Assembly (NCBI RefSeq): GCF_001194135.2
Contig: NC_068990.1
Coordinates: 61,376,888-61,440,887, forward strand
Origin: Octopus bimaculoides
Taxonomy: Eukaryota
Direction: 5' to 3'
Length of the DNA stretch: 64,000 bases
Part shown: positions 13,085-25,583 of the stretch, piece by piece
Layout of the letters: every line of letters begins with the position of its first letter
How positions within the stretch are numbered: the first letter of the stretch is position 1
The notes under the pieces: generated by a model
Seen by the model: the letters and a program-made list of their open reading frames with translations, nothing else
Database searches by the model: none
Told to the model about the DNA's origin: nothing
Made by a program: the position numbers and the translations under genes

Positions 13085-13426
13085 GTGTGTGTAGTACTAG
13101 AATGAATAGTAATTAGATTACTCAAAACAAAATGAAGGGTAAAATATATTTTTAAAAATGCATACAGGCAACTAGGCTGACTCAATGTAATGGTAAAACA
13201 GGCTGTGTTTCACAACCACATTTGTCCATTCATTGATGTAGTCATATTTTGTTCATTCAGAATGAAGCAGTTTATGCAAGTTGGTAGCATAAGGGACACA
13301 ATACTGGTATGTGCGGTTTGTTTTCTCATATTAACCCTTTTACACACACACAATTCACACATGAATATACACACATGTAAGTTGTATAATATGTACTTAT
13401 AACTCTGCTAGAACATGGGCTCACAA

Positions 13427-13487
<61 letters not shown>

Positions 13488-14783
13488 AAGCAAATATGTC
13501 AGGTCCAACAGAGCCAGTGTGTTCCTCATGAAAATTTCTCATCATTTCCTGGTGTACAACCTGTATCATAAAATTTTCATAAATCTTGTCGAGGTAAGCT
13601 GCTTATTAAAAGCACAACACAATAAAGAATCACTCGCAATAACAACTAAAATTTGGATATTGCATCTCTATACTTATGTTAATAACCCTTGCACCTGCTC
13701 ACTTCATATTAACTGCTTGGTGGAAATTGTGGTTACTTCATTAAAGTTTACTTAAGACATGTCGTCTCACCAAAATCCTATTGGATTTACGAAAACAAAA
13801 ATGGAAAACAAATTCAAATCAAGAATCTACCAGTATGCTTCCTACATTAATAGCCAGAGATCCAGTACAACTGCATGGTTAAAGTATATCTAACTGATTA
13901 AGGAGATGAACGACAACATGTCTGAAATTAATTAGTCCATTCTAGGCTGTATACAGCTATATTGTTAAGGGACCCTCATTTCTTCACATTTAAGCTGTGT
14001 TACCAGCTAAGCCTATCAGAGAAAATACACGTCTTGTTACAAATGTCCAAGAACTTAAATATCTGATCAAAATTAATAAATTCTTGCAAGCTCACATCAA
14101 AAAACTTTTTATCCTGCTATAAACTTCCTGAAATCCAAAGAAAGGCAACACTGTATAACTTTACAATCGTTTTTGTTCAATTCTGTAACCTTCTTTTTGA
14201 AGAACTTTTCTCACTTCTGGTAGCTAAACACCTCATCCATCCAAGCAAACCCCTGTTGTGCAAGGAGGTTGTTCTAGCAACCAAATCAATCCTCTATCTA
14301 TACCAATCCTTGCTTTGCCTTGGGGTCATTTTTTATGAATTTTTAATCCATTTTGTTTCATTTTACTTTCACCTTTTTCAATCTATTTCATTTCCAATCT
14401 ATTTTTAAATCAATTTTGATTTACTTTGCCCCGTTTTAAAATTCTTTATGCATATATTTTTTATATATATGTATTTTCATATAATTTTGAAAGTGTGCTT
14501 TTTTAAAATTTATGTCTTTTTATCACATATTTTTATTATATTTTTTCATCAGATAAAGTAACATTTTTCTATCATCTCTATTGCCTTTTAACATTCATCA
14601 GCTATTACCATTTATTCTTTATCCATCGCCCATCCAACTCATTTTATTGCCTTTTTTGCCTTAATGTAACTTATATCATTCTTCTATGTTTTTGTAATAT
14701 GCCTCCTTCTGTCAGTCTCATATTTGAATGGGTTTTTGTTATTCATTGAATGTGCATCCATGTAAAGTAATGTATATGTGTAG

Positions 14784-15028
14784 ATGTATGAGGGAGGGTT
14801 TGTGTGTCTATGTTTATACCTGTTTGTATAGAAAAGAGTGAAAGCATTAATATAAAAAGATAAAAAAAAGACATATGGGTGTGCATATATTTTCATTTTT
14901 TAAATATTTTTATGTTCTTTTGCACTGTAAAAAACAAACATAAAAAACATATTACTCAACCAAACACTTTAATGCAAGAATATGGCAGTTTCCTACCCAT
15001 CCACTGCTTCCAATCACGAATTAACAAT
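14784..15028 (+). repeat. local direct duplication, copy 1 (copy 2 at 16011-16254)
   Basis: Colinear ~245 bp; the last 85 bp differ at only 4 positions. Confidence 0.9.
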
Positions 15029-15329
15029 ATACTTAAACATTTTCACAGATTTTTTTCCTTTTTCTTTTCTTTTCTTTCTCCTTTTTTATCCGTTGTAAAA
15101 AAAAAAAATCCCATATATATTAGTTCTACTCACTTCAACATTCCCTGGCATCTAAATAAAGAGAGTCCACCCTGATACTTCATCACCACTATTTTTAATT
15201 CGTTTTCTATTCCACCCGATCACTCCCGTCCTCTCTTCTAAAATGTGTGGAGTCTTGTGGCTCCTAAACCACAAGAAACCTGTTCTACTCTGATCCCTTC
15301 TTTCATACTTTTACTCTTCATCTCTAGGC

Positions 15330-15562
15330 ATAAAGATCTTGAGGGGTTTTTGTAATCTTGCAAGCTGCATGGTGATCTCACTGGTGCTGGTGCCATGTAA
15401 AAAGCACCCGGTACACTCTGTAAAGTGGTTGGTTTTAGGAAGGACATCCAGCCATAGAAACCATGACAAAACAGACTCTGAAGCATGATGCTGTCAAGCT
15501 CTCCAACCCATGCTACCATATGGAACATGGATGGTAAAATTTGATGGTGATGATGGTGATGA
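15330..15562 (+). mobile_element. RTE LINE 3'-UTR tail
   Basis: GCTGGTGCCATGTAAAAAGCAC...AGGAAGGACATCCAGCCATAGAAACC...(GAT)n tail. Confidence 0.8.
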
Positions 15563-15645
15563 TACTTATATAACACACATACACATGCACAAAAAGAAAA
15601 CACACACACACATGTTCATATATTCGTTTTGATATTTCACCAAAT

Positions 15646-15865
15646 CAAGGCAGTGAGTTGTCTGAATCATTGGCATGTCAGGCAAAATGCTTAGTGGCAT
15701 ATCGTCTATCTTTATGTTCTGAGTTCAAATTTCACTGAGGTCGACTTTGCCTTCCATCCTTTCAGGGTTGATAAAACAAATACTAGTTGAGCACTGAGGT
15801 TGATGAATAGTTGAATGTACCCTTCCATCAAAATTTCAGTCTTTCTGCTTTTAATAGAAAGTATA
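15646..15865 (+). mobile_element. SINE family D
   Basis: GGCAAAATGCTTAGTGGCAT, TTCTGAGTTCAAAT (B-box), GAGGTCGACTTTGCCTTCCATCC. Confidence 0.82.
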
Positions 15866-16010
15866 TTTCGCCAAAACAAAAGCACTTTTAGGTACAGCTG
15901 GAGCAGAAGCTGTTGAGTCTTGGAGACTTCCATACATTGGTTTTGTCTGTCATCCATTGTTACCAATGTTACTGCTATTGTTGTTGTTGTCTTTGAGGTT
16001 GTGTTGACGT

Positions 16011-16254
16011 ATGTATGAGGGGAGGGTTTGTGTGTCTATGTTTATATGTGCTTGTATAGAAAAGCATCAGAGCATGAATAAAAAGAGAAAAATAGACACA
16101 TGGGTATGCATATTTTAAAAATTTTCTGACTTATATTTTTATGTCTCTTTGCACTCTGAGAACAACATAAAAACATATTACTCAACCAAACACTTTAATG
16201 CAAGAATATGGCAGCTTCCTACTCATCCACAGCTTCCAATCAGGAATTAACAAT
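16011..16254 (+). repeat. local direct duplication, copy 2
   Basis: See 14784-15028. Confidence 0.9.
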
Positions 16255-16499
16255 CCAGAAAGGAGTACACCTGTGATTTCTTCTGACAAGAACAGTTAGG
16301 GAACTGTCCATTTACAGAAGTAAACCTAGATATAATTTTCTCATGACTTCTGTGAGGATTAAAAGTATTCATTCTTGCTATACCTTATATTCTATCTTTT
16401 GTCTTTTACATGTTTCTGTCATTAGACTGGCCATGCTGGGGCACCATCTTGAAGGGATTAGTGAAATAAATTAACTTCAGTACTTATTTTTTATGCTTG

Positions 16500-16837
16500 G
16501 TGCTCATCCCCATTGTCATCATCATCCTCACCACCACTGCCGTCGTCCTCCTCCTCCTCCCCATCATCATCATCATCATCACATTCATCATCATCACCAC
16601 ATTCATCATCATCATCGTCATCACCATCACAACCATTATCATCTTCCTCCTCCTCCTCTCCACCACCACCACCTCCTCATCCTCATCATCATGGTTGTCA
16701 TTGTCATCATCATTAACATCATCAACATCATCATCGTTGTCGTCATTGTTGTGTTCATCATAAGTCAGCTCAATCAAGACAGATCTAAGGATAGACAGCA
16801 ACAACAGCAGCAACAATTGATACATTTTACAACACTT

Positions 16838-16901
<64 letters not shown>

Positions 16902-16915
16902 TGCACACAGACACA

Positions 16916-16960
<45 letters not shown>

Positions 16961-16970
16961 ACACATACAT
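16500..16970. repeat. degenerate (CAT)/(CCT)/(CAC)n followed by (CA)n
   Basis: Seen directly; the poly-His and poly-Ser ORFs are artefacts. Confidence 0.95.
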
Positions 16971-19075
16971 TGCTCAGTATTTACCTTTATAACAAATACA
17001 TTGTCTATGTTACACTCAGATATGACATATGTTGATACTAATTATATTCATCTACACCCAGTTTTAGAAAAATAACTTTCTATAAAACCATTATAGCATA
17101 AAACATTGATAAAATTAGAGAATACTGTTGAAAAGCCTGTATCATAACCAATAACAATCTTAACTTACATAGTCAATCCCTTTGTTCTTTAAGTATACAT
17201 ACTTTGAATTCCCTTTGTGTGTTTTTCCCTACCTTCTGGTATGCATACAAAGTGTGAGGGATCGTCTGGTGTATTTCAATACTTGCTTAAGGACTTCCCA
17301 AGATTATTACCATTTTTAGCAGATTAACATGAAATATGTTTTTTCCTTTAGAGATAGGAAGCAAGATTTGAACTGAGAATGTGCAGAACTTAAGCAGATA
17401 CTGTTAGGCATCTCCTTCGTTGCGTTTATATTTTGTCACTCTGTTGCTTTATCAACCGAAAAGAATCGGAAACAAAATTGACTTTACTAGCATTTGAACT
17501 CAGAGTGCAGAAATCTGGAACATATACCAGAAGGTATTCTGTTAAACACTGTAATGACTCTGCTAATAATTGTTATGTCTACAACATACTAAGAATGCAG
17601 CAAGAAAGTATTCTGCTCTCATTGATTGATGTAATATTTGGCCAAATTAAAGGAAATATGGCATTAATTTCCAAATTGTACACCTGCTAGATAATGGGAA
17701 CATTTAAATTTTAGCAGAATGCATAATCTTACTGCCACACACCTTAGTTAATAACAAACTTTTCCACAAATTGTTCTATGCAGCAACAATAGATATGTCA
17801 CACACACCACCCTTTCTTCAAAGGATTTAGTCAAGCTGGGAACTTGAATCAAATCAGTTGGGAATCTTGAATTCTTTACTAGTTTATGAACCACAATGAA
17901 AAGCAGGAAGCAGGTGCAGGCTCTTAAAGGGCATCATACATGATGGTTTATGGAGAATGGGAATGTAAGAAGCAAAGTAATTATGTTAACACATCAGGTT
18001 AGGTACAGTATAATAAAAAGTAGCTGGCGAAAGTGGTTTTCATATTCATGTTGTTGAAATAGTCCTTAGGCTGCCTTTACAAAATTGACAAAGAATTATC
18101 TGCTAAGATAAACAACTGCACAATAGAGCTGTAACTATAGAATAACTATATGGATAAATGAATTACATTTATGACTGTCTTAGTTCTTAGTAGCATCAGT
18201 TCTGAGTGACAGCTTAGATGATCAAGGATTAAGTCTATCTCTTAACACCTATTGCTACAGCAAGCTGGACCTTCATGAGACAGATTTTTAGCAACCAAGA
18301 ATTAAAGATTGAACCAGATGTTTTTTCTTATAATCATCTTTGCTGTTATTTCTGTTCTTTGAGAATTGCCAAGTGTTTATATGTCCTTCTTAAGTGGTGA
18401 CAAGAAAGCAATAAAACTAAAGTGTGAAAAAAAAAAAAACAGAAAGAAGAATGCAACTAGACAGCAAAAGCAACAAAACGACAACAGTAAAGTAGCATAA
18501 AACAAAAAGATGGTATTAACGACGGCAAAGGAGAAATAGCAACAAGACAGCAAAAGCAAAAGATTGAAATAGCAACAAAGAGATAATGGCAACAATGCAT
18601 AAATGGCAAAAAAAAAAAAGCAAACATGTGTGTGTGTGGGGGGTGGGGGACGGCAACAAAATAACAACAAAACAAGAAGAAACATGATGGTAACAAAACA
18701 GAGAAGGCAATAAAACAGCATTAACAGCAACAAAAGAATAACAAAAAACAATAACAACAACAACAACAACATTAGCAACAAGATAACAGCAGAAAAAGAG
18801 GAAATAATAGCAAGACTGTAATAGTAACAAAACAAGGCACACAAAAGCCCCAAAACAGCAAACTCAACAAAGCAATGAAAGCTGGACCTGTGTTATACAT
18901 TATACAAACTAGACAATTGCCTGCAGAACAGAATTCTGGGGAACAATCCAAATCTTGAATAACTCAGGCAAAATTTCTTAATCCAAGAATAAACATGTAA
19001 ACTTAGTAAGAATGGGAGTAGAGAAGGTTACAGCTAGAACAATGCTTTAGCAATGGTAGAATATTGAAACATCAT

Positions 19076-19117
19076 CAGCTGATCTATTGATGAAATTTTA
19101 TATCAATAGATCAGCTG
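19076..19117. other. perfect 16-bp inverted repeat with 10-nt loop
   Basis: CAGCTGATCTATTGAT-gaaattttat-ATCAATAGATCAGCTG. Confidence 0.95.
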
Positions 19118-19189
19118 GTAAACCATTAATACAATATTGAACTAATATAATATTTATAACAAACTACTTATATGTATATTTATTACCTT

Positions 19190-19465
19190 GTTTTTCAGTT
19201 TTGTTGAAGTTTTGTGGTTGGTTGTTGGTTCATAATTGAGTTAGCAGCAGCTGATCTTCCTTGAGTGTAACCTTGTATAGTTGGCTGGTCCAGTAATCTC
19301 GTTAGGAGCTCATCCAATAATTTTTTTTTAATGTTTCAATAGAATTCCCTTTTAAGTCTATTTCTTTCAGATTGTTGCAGTAGAGTGTCTGTTCTGAAGG
19401 TTTTGAAGGTGGTATATGTGGAAGCTGGCACTATCCACCAGTTCGTGCATTATGCGTATTTAAGT
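19190..19465 (-). mobile_element. CR1-group LINE 3' end
   Basis: NSIETLKKKLLDELLTRLLDQPTIQGYTQGRSAAANSIMNQ resembles the CR1 C-terminal FKxxLDxxLxxxPDQP...A.SNS motif. Confidence 0.75.
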
Positions 19466-19475
19466 ATACATAAAT

Positions 19476-19514
<39 letters not shown>

Positions 19515-19524
19515 NNNNNNNNNN

Positions 19525-19561
<37 letters not shown>

Positions 19562-19569
19562 ATATCTCT

Positions 19570-19847
19570 ACCGTAAGGCTTTATTTCCACACACACCAGT
19601 TTAATTTAATTCATCCTTAGTCGAAAGACACCTGTTATTATGTCCTGTTATTTGTATTTGTGTAACATTTTCCTGTCCTTGTTTTCGTATACATTCACTG
19701 CTTTCTTCCAAGGAATCTAATGCTCTTAGCTTAGTTTTTTCCTTGGGGCTAGCTAATTTGCCCTTTCTTTTTCACATCTCAGATATTGCAAAATAAAATC
19801 AATCTCAAGTATAACCAGCTGAAATTGCAAAGATAATCTGGAACTCG
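19570..19847. repeat. unclassified dispersed repeat, possibly a Penelope-like terminal region
   Basis: Shares CACATCTCAGATATTGCAAAATA-AATCA with 28632-28660; the class assignment is tentative. Confidence 0.4.
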
Positions 19848-20755
19848 NNNNNNNNNNNNNNNNNNNNNNNNNNNNNNNNNNNNNNNNNNNNNNNNNNNNN
19901 NNNNNNNNNNNNNNNNNNNNNNNNNNNNNNNNNNNNNNNNNNNNNNNNNNNNNNNNNNNNNNNNNNNNNNNNNNNNNNNNNNNNNNNNNNNNNNNNNNNN
20001 NNNNNNNNNNNNNNNNNNNNNNNNNNNNNNNNNNNNNNNNNNNNNNNNNNNNNNNNNNNNNNNNNNNNNNNNNNNNNNNNNNNNNNNNNNNNNNNNNNNN
20101 NNNNNNNNNNNNNNNNNNNNNNNNNNNNNNNNNNNNNNNNNNNNNNNNNNNNNNNNNNNNNNNNNNNNNNNNNNNNNNNNNNNNNNNNNNNNNNNNNNNN
20201 NNTATATATATATATATATATATTAATAATATATTAATGTCTATATGAGTTAGAGGTTAAACAACCGTCTAAGGGATAATAAATATCCAATATACTACTG
20301 GATGTACGCCTACATATTTATATCCAAGTGCTTACTGTTGCAGGGCAGTAGCACAATTGAATAATAGGTATGAGTGGGGGAAAAGCAGGAATTTACTCAG
20401 AATTTATAAAGCAAATAAGAAAATGGAGAGGATAATCAATCGACATACATCAGCCTGTAGACATTCATTTATATCTATTTATTAATTGATTACAATCATA
20501 TGTATAAGCAATCAAAAGAAATAAGCAAATAAACAAATAAATAAATAGAAATAAGCAAATGAATAAGAATAAATGAGTGAAAAAAATACTAAATTTTTAC
20601 AGCTGTTTCTACTTTAGGGGTGTCCAATTTGCCGAGATTTCTACATCATACCAGTAATATACTGGGATTTTACAAAGGTTGAACAAACATTGGACAGGGG
20701 TTGAACAATAACTGAGCCCCAAAGCTTCATCAGAGAGACCATAATGTTAGGGATT

Positions 20756-20906
20756 TAACATGTGAGGAAGTAAGATAAAATAATAAAATAATAAAATAAT
20801 AAAAATAGTAAGGAATGGTAAAAAAGTCCTTACTTTTACCATTTCTTACTATTTTTATTATTTTATTATTTTATTTTATCATTTTATCTTACTTCTTCAC
20901 ATGTTA
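20756..20906. repeat. 151-bp near-perfect palindrome (~70-bp arms)
   Basis: TAACATGTGAGGAAGTAAGATAAAAT...GGTAAAA / TTTTACC...ATTTTATCTTACTTCTTCACATGTTA with a ~10-nt centre. Confidence 0.93.
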
Positions 20907-22041
20907 GAAATTTGAAACCAACATGCTTGGTATTCACACCAGAAGCTCCAATATGAACATTTCAGAGTGTTTGGGTGTCAATCTGAGGACAGTGCAGAGG
21001 ATTCGGAAAAAGTTGAATGAGTCTAATGGTGATTATGAAAGTACGGCAGCTTGGAAACCTCACTCTGATCATTCCGATAAGAAAAGAACTGCTGAATTTG
21101 TTGGTGAGATCCAAGCCATGATTGACAACAATTCCTCCAAGTCAATCAGGTCCATTGCCAGGGACATGAGAGTGTCTGAATTTTTTATCCGGCAGGCAAT
21201 GCATGAAGACATTCGGTATTCCTCATACAAGATGAGAAAGGGCCAATTTTCATCTCAAGCCATCAAGGATAAGAGGAAAAACTGCACTACGAAGCTTCTG
21301 AACAAACTCAAGTACCCCCTCAACTGAAAGTGCTTTGATTTCTCTCAAACAAGAAAAATTTCTGCCGGGATCAGATGGTGAACACACAGAACAACTGTTG
21401 GCTTGACATGTCTCCAAAACAGGTACTGAGAGTGATAGAAATCAAACATCCAGTCAACATCATGTTGTTTGGAGAGATCACTTCTTTCAGTGATGGCGAC
21501 ATTATGCTTCCATTCATCTTCACACATAGCCTCAGACTCAATGCGGAGGTCTACATCAAGTGCGTGGAAGAGGTAGTGCTGCCCTGGGTGAAGAGGGTGG
21601 CTGCTGGAAAACCCTATGTTTGGCAACAGGAATATGCACCATGCCACACAAGCAGGAGAACCTAATGATGGCTGTCAGACAATTTCTGCAACCACATCAC
21701 CCCTAACATCTGGCCACCTAACTCTCCAGACTGTAACCAACTTGATTATTATGTGTGGGGTGCAGTTGAGCGAGAGACCAACAAAACTGTAGATGAACTG
21801 AGGGCAAGGATTATGGCAGCATTCATCAACTTAAACAAGGAGGCCATCCAGAAAAGTTGCAGGAGATTCTGAAGTTGTCTGGAGGCCGTGGTTGAACCCA
21901 ACGACAATTTCATTGAATAAATTTACTCTTTAGAATCACAAGATATTTTTATGTAATTTTGGTAAATATATTTGTTAAAGTGAGATGTCAGTGTTATTAT
22001 CATTTTTGCATAATTTAGATGACAATTTATTTACCACAGTT

Positions 22042-22047
<6 letters not shown>
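20907..22047 (+). mobile_element. maT-type (DD37D) IS630-Tc1-mariner transposon; transposase pseudogene 20923-21920 plus right end
   Basis: HTH region GVNLRTVQRIRK; WQQEYAPCH...WPPNSPDCNQLDYYVWG with 37 residues counted between the second and third catalytic positions. The first D is mutated to N, the second to E, and there are in-frame stops. Ends TTACCACAGT...TA. Confidence 0.92.
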
Positions 22048-22083
<36 letters not shown>

Positions 22084-22482
22084 CATATATGTGTGTATAC
22101 ATATACACACACACACATACACACACACATATATATATATATGTATATATATTCTATATGTGTGCATGTATGTAAATAACCTTTTTGACAAAAAATGAAC
22201 TTATCCTCTATCTAATTTGACTTCATCTGTAAAAAGAATCAGCACCAAGTAATCGGTAAGTGTATATATATAACAAGATAATTCATTTTACAAAATTCCT
22301 CATTTAAAAAATATGTTGACTTGAAAGGAATCCAACTTTATGAAGATGTTAGTAGATGCAATCAGTTCATATACAGTAAATTCTTCTCACAGGAAAAAGT
22401 TTGGTGAAAAATATTGCATTTTGTTTTTCGTCTTAGATATATAATGCAAAATATTGAAAGATGTATAATATATAGCTGCAGG

Positions 22483-22650
22483 TGTGGCTGTTTGGTGAGA
22501 AGTTTCATTTCCATTCACATGGTTTTGGGTTCAGTCCCACTGTGTAGCACTTTGGACAAGTGTTTTCTGCTACAGTTTCAGGACAACCAAATCCTTTTGA
22601 GTAGATTTAGTAGCTGGAAACTGAAAGAAGCCTATTGTATGTGTTCAAGT
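22483..22650 (+). mobile_element. SINE family B, 5' part
   Basis: GCAGGTGTGGCTGTTTGGT...GGGTTCAGTCCCACTG...GGAAACTGAAAGAAGCC. Confidence 0.8.
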
Positions 22651-22789
22651 GTGTGCTGAAATGTTCCTAGTTTTGAGTAAAAGAAAATACCGAAGGATTA
22701 GTTAATTATGATTTTATTCAGCATAATCCCCTCTCAGAAACCCACACTTATTGCAGTGGTCCTTAGATGACAATTTATTCACCACAGTC

Positions 22790-22793
<4 letters not shown>
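22651..22793 (+). mobile_element. partial mariner MITE fused to a copy of the maT terminal sequence
   Basis: 22651-22762 matches the 5' half of the 23470 MITE; 22765-22788 TAGATGACAATTTATTCACCACAGT repeats 22017-22040. Confidence 0.7.
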
Positions 22794-22831
<38 letters not shown>

Positions 22832-23325
22832 TTAATTTATTAATAAATTAATAATCCTTTACCCTTTTATATATATNNNNNNNNNNNNNNNNNNNNNNNN
22901 NNNNNNNNNNNNNNNNNNNNNNNNNNNNNNNNNNNNNNNNNNNNNNNNNNNNNNNNNNNNNNNNNNNNNNNNNNNNNNNNNNNNNNNNNNNNNNNNNNNN
23001 NNNNNNNNNNNNNNNNNNNNNNNNNNNNNNNNNNNNNNNNNNNNNNNNNNNNNNNNNNNNNNNNNNNNNNNNNNTATATATATATATGTATAAATATATG
23101 TGTATGTATATATAATTTCAAATCAGTCCAAAAATGTTTCTATGCTCATTCGTCTTGGCAATGAAGATTTTCAGAAGGATGTTCCAAGATTTTTGCCCCA
23201 CACAATATTCTAGTGGGTGTACTTGCACCTCCAGCATTCTCTTTCTCTGAACTTATGACTGTTACTACAACCTGAGAGTTCTACATCACCATTTCTTCTT
23301 CTTTTCAATGTACACACACACGCAC

Positions 23326-23356
<31 letters not shown>

Positions 23357-23469
23357 AAGATACACACATACTCACATGCACACATGCACACATGCACACA
23401 TACTCACGTGCACATGTACATATATGCATGAATGTAAGTATTTGTATGGATTTAATATATATACATGTA

Positions 23470-23686
23470 CGAGAGTGTGCTGAAAAATTCCTGACTTTAG
23501 TTAAAAGAAAATACAAGAGAATCAGTTAATTATGATTTTACTCAACATATTCCCCTCTCAAATCCACACACTTATTGCAGCAGTCCTTCAGTTTTTCTAA
23601 ACCTTGTAAAAGACCCCAGAAGGTTGGGCCTCCAACCAGGCCCTTTGCGATACCCTTAAAGCCAGGAACTTTTCAGCATCCTCTCA
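23470..23686 (+). mobile_element. mariner-derived MITE
   Basis: TA-CGAGAGTGTGCTGAAAAATTCCTGAC ... GCCAGGAACTTTTCAGCATCCTCTC TIR pair. Confidence 0.82.
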
Positions 23687-24097
23687 TTTGTGTTTGTATG
23701 TATATGTGCATGAATGTAAAAATAATCTTTTCTAATATAAGAACAAAGACTGAAATTTTGAGGGGATAGTCTAGTTGATAACATCAACTGGTACATATTT
23801 TATCAACTCAGAAAAACAAAGTCATCTGTGGTAGAATTTGAACTCAAAATGTACAGAAGCAGTAAAGATGGTGTTTGTGTTTTGTCGGATATGCTAATGA
23901 TTCTGCCAGCTCGTCACCTTTGTATGCAATAATAATAAATTCTTTGTAATAATTTACAAATAAGCAACAATGTTGTATAGTATCCAATACTTCCATAGAG
24001 TACTGTAACACAATAAGTTTAAATAACAGGTGGTGCAATCTAACTTAAGTTGAATAATTCCAATTTAAATTGTGTCAGCTGTAATTATTTTATGGTG

Positions 24098-24140
<43 letters not shown>

Positions 24141-24227
24141 GAGAAAGAGAGAAAGATAGGGAAGAGAGACAGATTGATAGATAGACAGATAGATAGATAT
24201 CTGCATATATGTATAACAATGTATATG

Positions 24228-24270
<43 letters not shown>

Positions 24271-24357
24271 ATATATATTATATATACACATATGTATATA
24301 TAAATGTATTGTCACTTACATGTGTGTGTATGATTGTGTGTGTATATGTATGTCTGC

Positions 24358-24388
<31 letters not shown>

Positions 24389-24429
24389 TGTATGTGTGTG
24401 TGTGTGTATGTATTTGACTAAATGAGGTG

Positions 24430-24830
24430 CAGTTTCTCTTTCAAGAGTGTTCCACTGAAAAAGAATTTCAAACAAGTTCTCCTCTCCACGAACTTGCACA
24501 CAACGAAGCAAAGACACCAGCATCAGTAAGACAGATACGTCAACTACATTTATTAAATTTCACTCAAGCAACTACATCACTAAATTGTACAACATTCTAA
24601 ATGACAGAACAAAATGCTCTCCAATCAAAAGTGATCCTACATCTGAACTTAAAACCAAACTTAAATTCATTAAGTGTGATATTGCAGTAAATAACAAAGT
24701 TAAACTAGTCACACTCATGGCCAATAAATACACAGAAGCACAAATATCTGACATTAATACAAGGCAGAATACACGGTTACTTTATTAGGCCAATCAGCTC
24801 ACAGGTAAATATAACGTCTCACTATATAGA
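24430..24830 (+). mobile_element. Penelope-like element, pre-RT region, degenerate
   Basis: KTDTSTTFIKFHSSNYITKLYNILNDRTKCSPIKSDPTSELK resembles the PLE pattern KADKG...DY..K...L.D...Y.....DPT; FIRPISSQV follows after a frameshift. Confidence 0.6.
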
Positions 24831-25084
24831 GTATGCTGAAATTTTTTGATTCTTCAAGTGAGAACTACAGTATCTTATTATCCTTGAGAAATTATTTCTA
24901 GCATGTAGTACAGAAGTCTGATTTCAATACCCCAAGGAAAAAATATCCATGAGTTTCTCCACACAAGCTCATCAGTAAAAGTTTCTATAAGCATGAAATG
25001 AAAATTAATGAATTGAAACACAAGGTATGATATATGTTATGTTATGATATGATATGATACATATGAATATATGTATGTATATTT

Positions 25085-25395
25085 TCCTTCAGGTTTAATT
25101 TAAGTTCTTCTTCAGAGGGTTCAAGCTGGTTGCCAGTTTTTGTGAATATGTGTTGGTTGAACTGTCGATGTTTACACCCAAGTGCGTGCATCTATTCACA
25201 TAAGAATCTCACTAGGAGAATTTCTGTAATAATGTCTTACAAATCTTCACAGTGCCACTAATAGATTGGTTTTGGAGAATCCACATCAGTTTCTTTTGTT
25301 CTTTTTCTGTGATACCAAATGTTTCTACGTTTTTGTGCAAATTTTTTGCACATAACCTAATGCACTTCTGATGATGGGTACAAATGAGAGTTCAT
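25085..25395 (-). mobile_element. R4/Dong-type RLE retrotransposon 3' end
   Basis: FVPIIRSALGY...LMWILQNQSISGTVKICKT*, followed by a 3' UTR. Confidence 0.7.
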
Positions 25396-25480
25396 GTATG
25401 TATGTATGTATGTATGTATGTATGTATGTATGTATGTATGTAGCATGTAAGTATATACATGTATGCATGCATGTATGTAT

Positions 25481-25583
25481 GTTATTATTCAGTTTTATTC
25501 AGGATTTTTTGCCAATAAAGAGTGTTGGTTTCTAACCTAGATCCAATGCCCCTTCATTAGAATATCAAAAACATAAACAGAGT
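25481..25583 (+). repeat. short dispersed repeat, inverted partner at 26352-26460
   Basis: TTCAGTTTTATT...TTGCCAATA...GTTTCTAACCTAGATCCAA...CCTTCATT; reverse complement found at 26352-26460. Confidence 0.8.

Noticed and set aside
12890-14130. Protein-like segments YLDKIYENFMIQVVHQ and SDHQLVKPTW (minus strand) and a 46-nt plus-strand exon candidate at 13261-13306
   Set aside because: Phases could not be joined into a consistent model and no family was recognised; may be decayed LINE endonuclease sequence or chance.
24935-24980. Minus-strand CTGATGA...GAAACTCATGGAT hammerhead-like remnant near the Penelope fragment
   Set aside because: No helix II closing pair, no UH cleavage site and no helix I; at best a dead relic.
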